This document shows positions 21,544-21,948 of a DNA stretch of 21,948 bases, piece after piece. This stretch comes from Priapulus caudatus (taxonomy: Eukaryota): positions 237,657 to 259,604 of the forward strand of contig NW_014577070.1 in assembly GCF_000485595.1 (NCBI RefSeq), read 5' to 3'. A program made the translations under genes and the position numbers. The notes under the pieces are model-generated. The model saw only the letters and a program-made list of their open reading frames with translations. It ran no database searches and was not told where the DNA came from. Each line of letters begins with the position of its first letter. Position 1 is the first letter of the stretch.

Positions 21544-21747
21544 ATGGCTGAGAACGATGACTTTGTTGACTCCGAAGACGATGACTTGACAGTGTGTGAA
21601 AGAGTGGTTCTGCCGTATGAGTATGAACCGATGCTATTGTGGTATGAACCGATGTGTAGTTGGTGATATTGATGGAAGTGAATCATCGGCAGATAACTCT
21701 AGTGATGATGGTGGTGGCGAGCCGGCTGTTTCGCCGCTGGATGAATG
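21544..21747 (+). pseudogene. First exon of a P2RX7-C-terminal-like gene of the kind carried by Kolobok transposons, frameshifted
   Basis: MAENDDFVDSEDDDLTVCERVVLPYEYEPM, then after a 1-nt shift VVGDIDGSESSADNSSDDGGGEPAVSPLDE(W) with a TG|GTAACT donor. The acidic-PYxYEP-acidic-W layout fits this family. Confidence 0.55.
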
Positions 21748-21761
21748 GTAACTTGGGCAGG

Positions 21762-21940
21762 GTACACGCAGGTACACACACGCGCTACAACGCAGAAGTA
21801 CCACGCACGTACACCGTCGGTAACACGCACGTACACCAGATACACGCACGTAAGCACGCGGGTACACGCACGTACACGCAGATACACGAACGTACCCCGC
21901 GGTACACCGCACGTAACACCACGTAAACGCGGTACACGCA
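21762..21940. repeat. Degenerate gtacacgca(c) tandem repeat
   Basis: Many ~10-11 bp variants of gtacacgcac. Confidence 0.85.
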
Positions 21941-21948
21941 TTAAATCC

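Overview
Eukaryotic (invertebrate-like) draft-assembly DNA, mostly intronic or intergenic and densely packed with non-autonomous DNA transposons. The one confidently recognised gene is a minus-strand TMEM45-family gene. Its first two coding exons (2723-2626 and 1350-1220) splice in phase to give MGSFVGHVIPGSMFFLGATWWTIQICYHYILSRQRTGKPFRCQVTFPGPGKLKHIPFEGIVKLVLCGSGIAGEVITG, and the gene continues left of the window. The ORF track misses the start exon and shows exon 2 only with intronic flanks. Much of the window is duplicated: 1970-4539 matches 4550-7222 across a 10-N gap, 12511-15670 matches 15671-18834, and a third partial copy lies at 9859-10703 before a 25-N gap. These look like haplotype or gap-filling artefacts. 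Elements defined by terminal inverted repeats (TIRs) and target-site duplications (TSDs) include two hAT-like elements with 5-bp TSDs, 40-45 bp TIR-only elements with exact 7-bp TSDs, 65-105 bp TAG...CTA elements with exact 9-bp TSDs, PIF/Harbinger-type MITEs, a CCC...GGG element, a MULE-like foldback and a Helentron-like element. There is also a P2RX7-C-terminal-like gene fragment and a possible unannotated plus-strand gene relic. No rRNA, tRNA or CRISPR array is supported, and I see no demonstrable new biological system. The best leads are the minimal transposon families and the unusual splice signals at the TMEM45 start exon.
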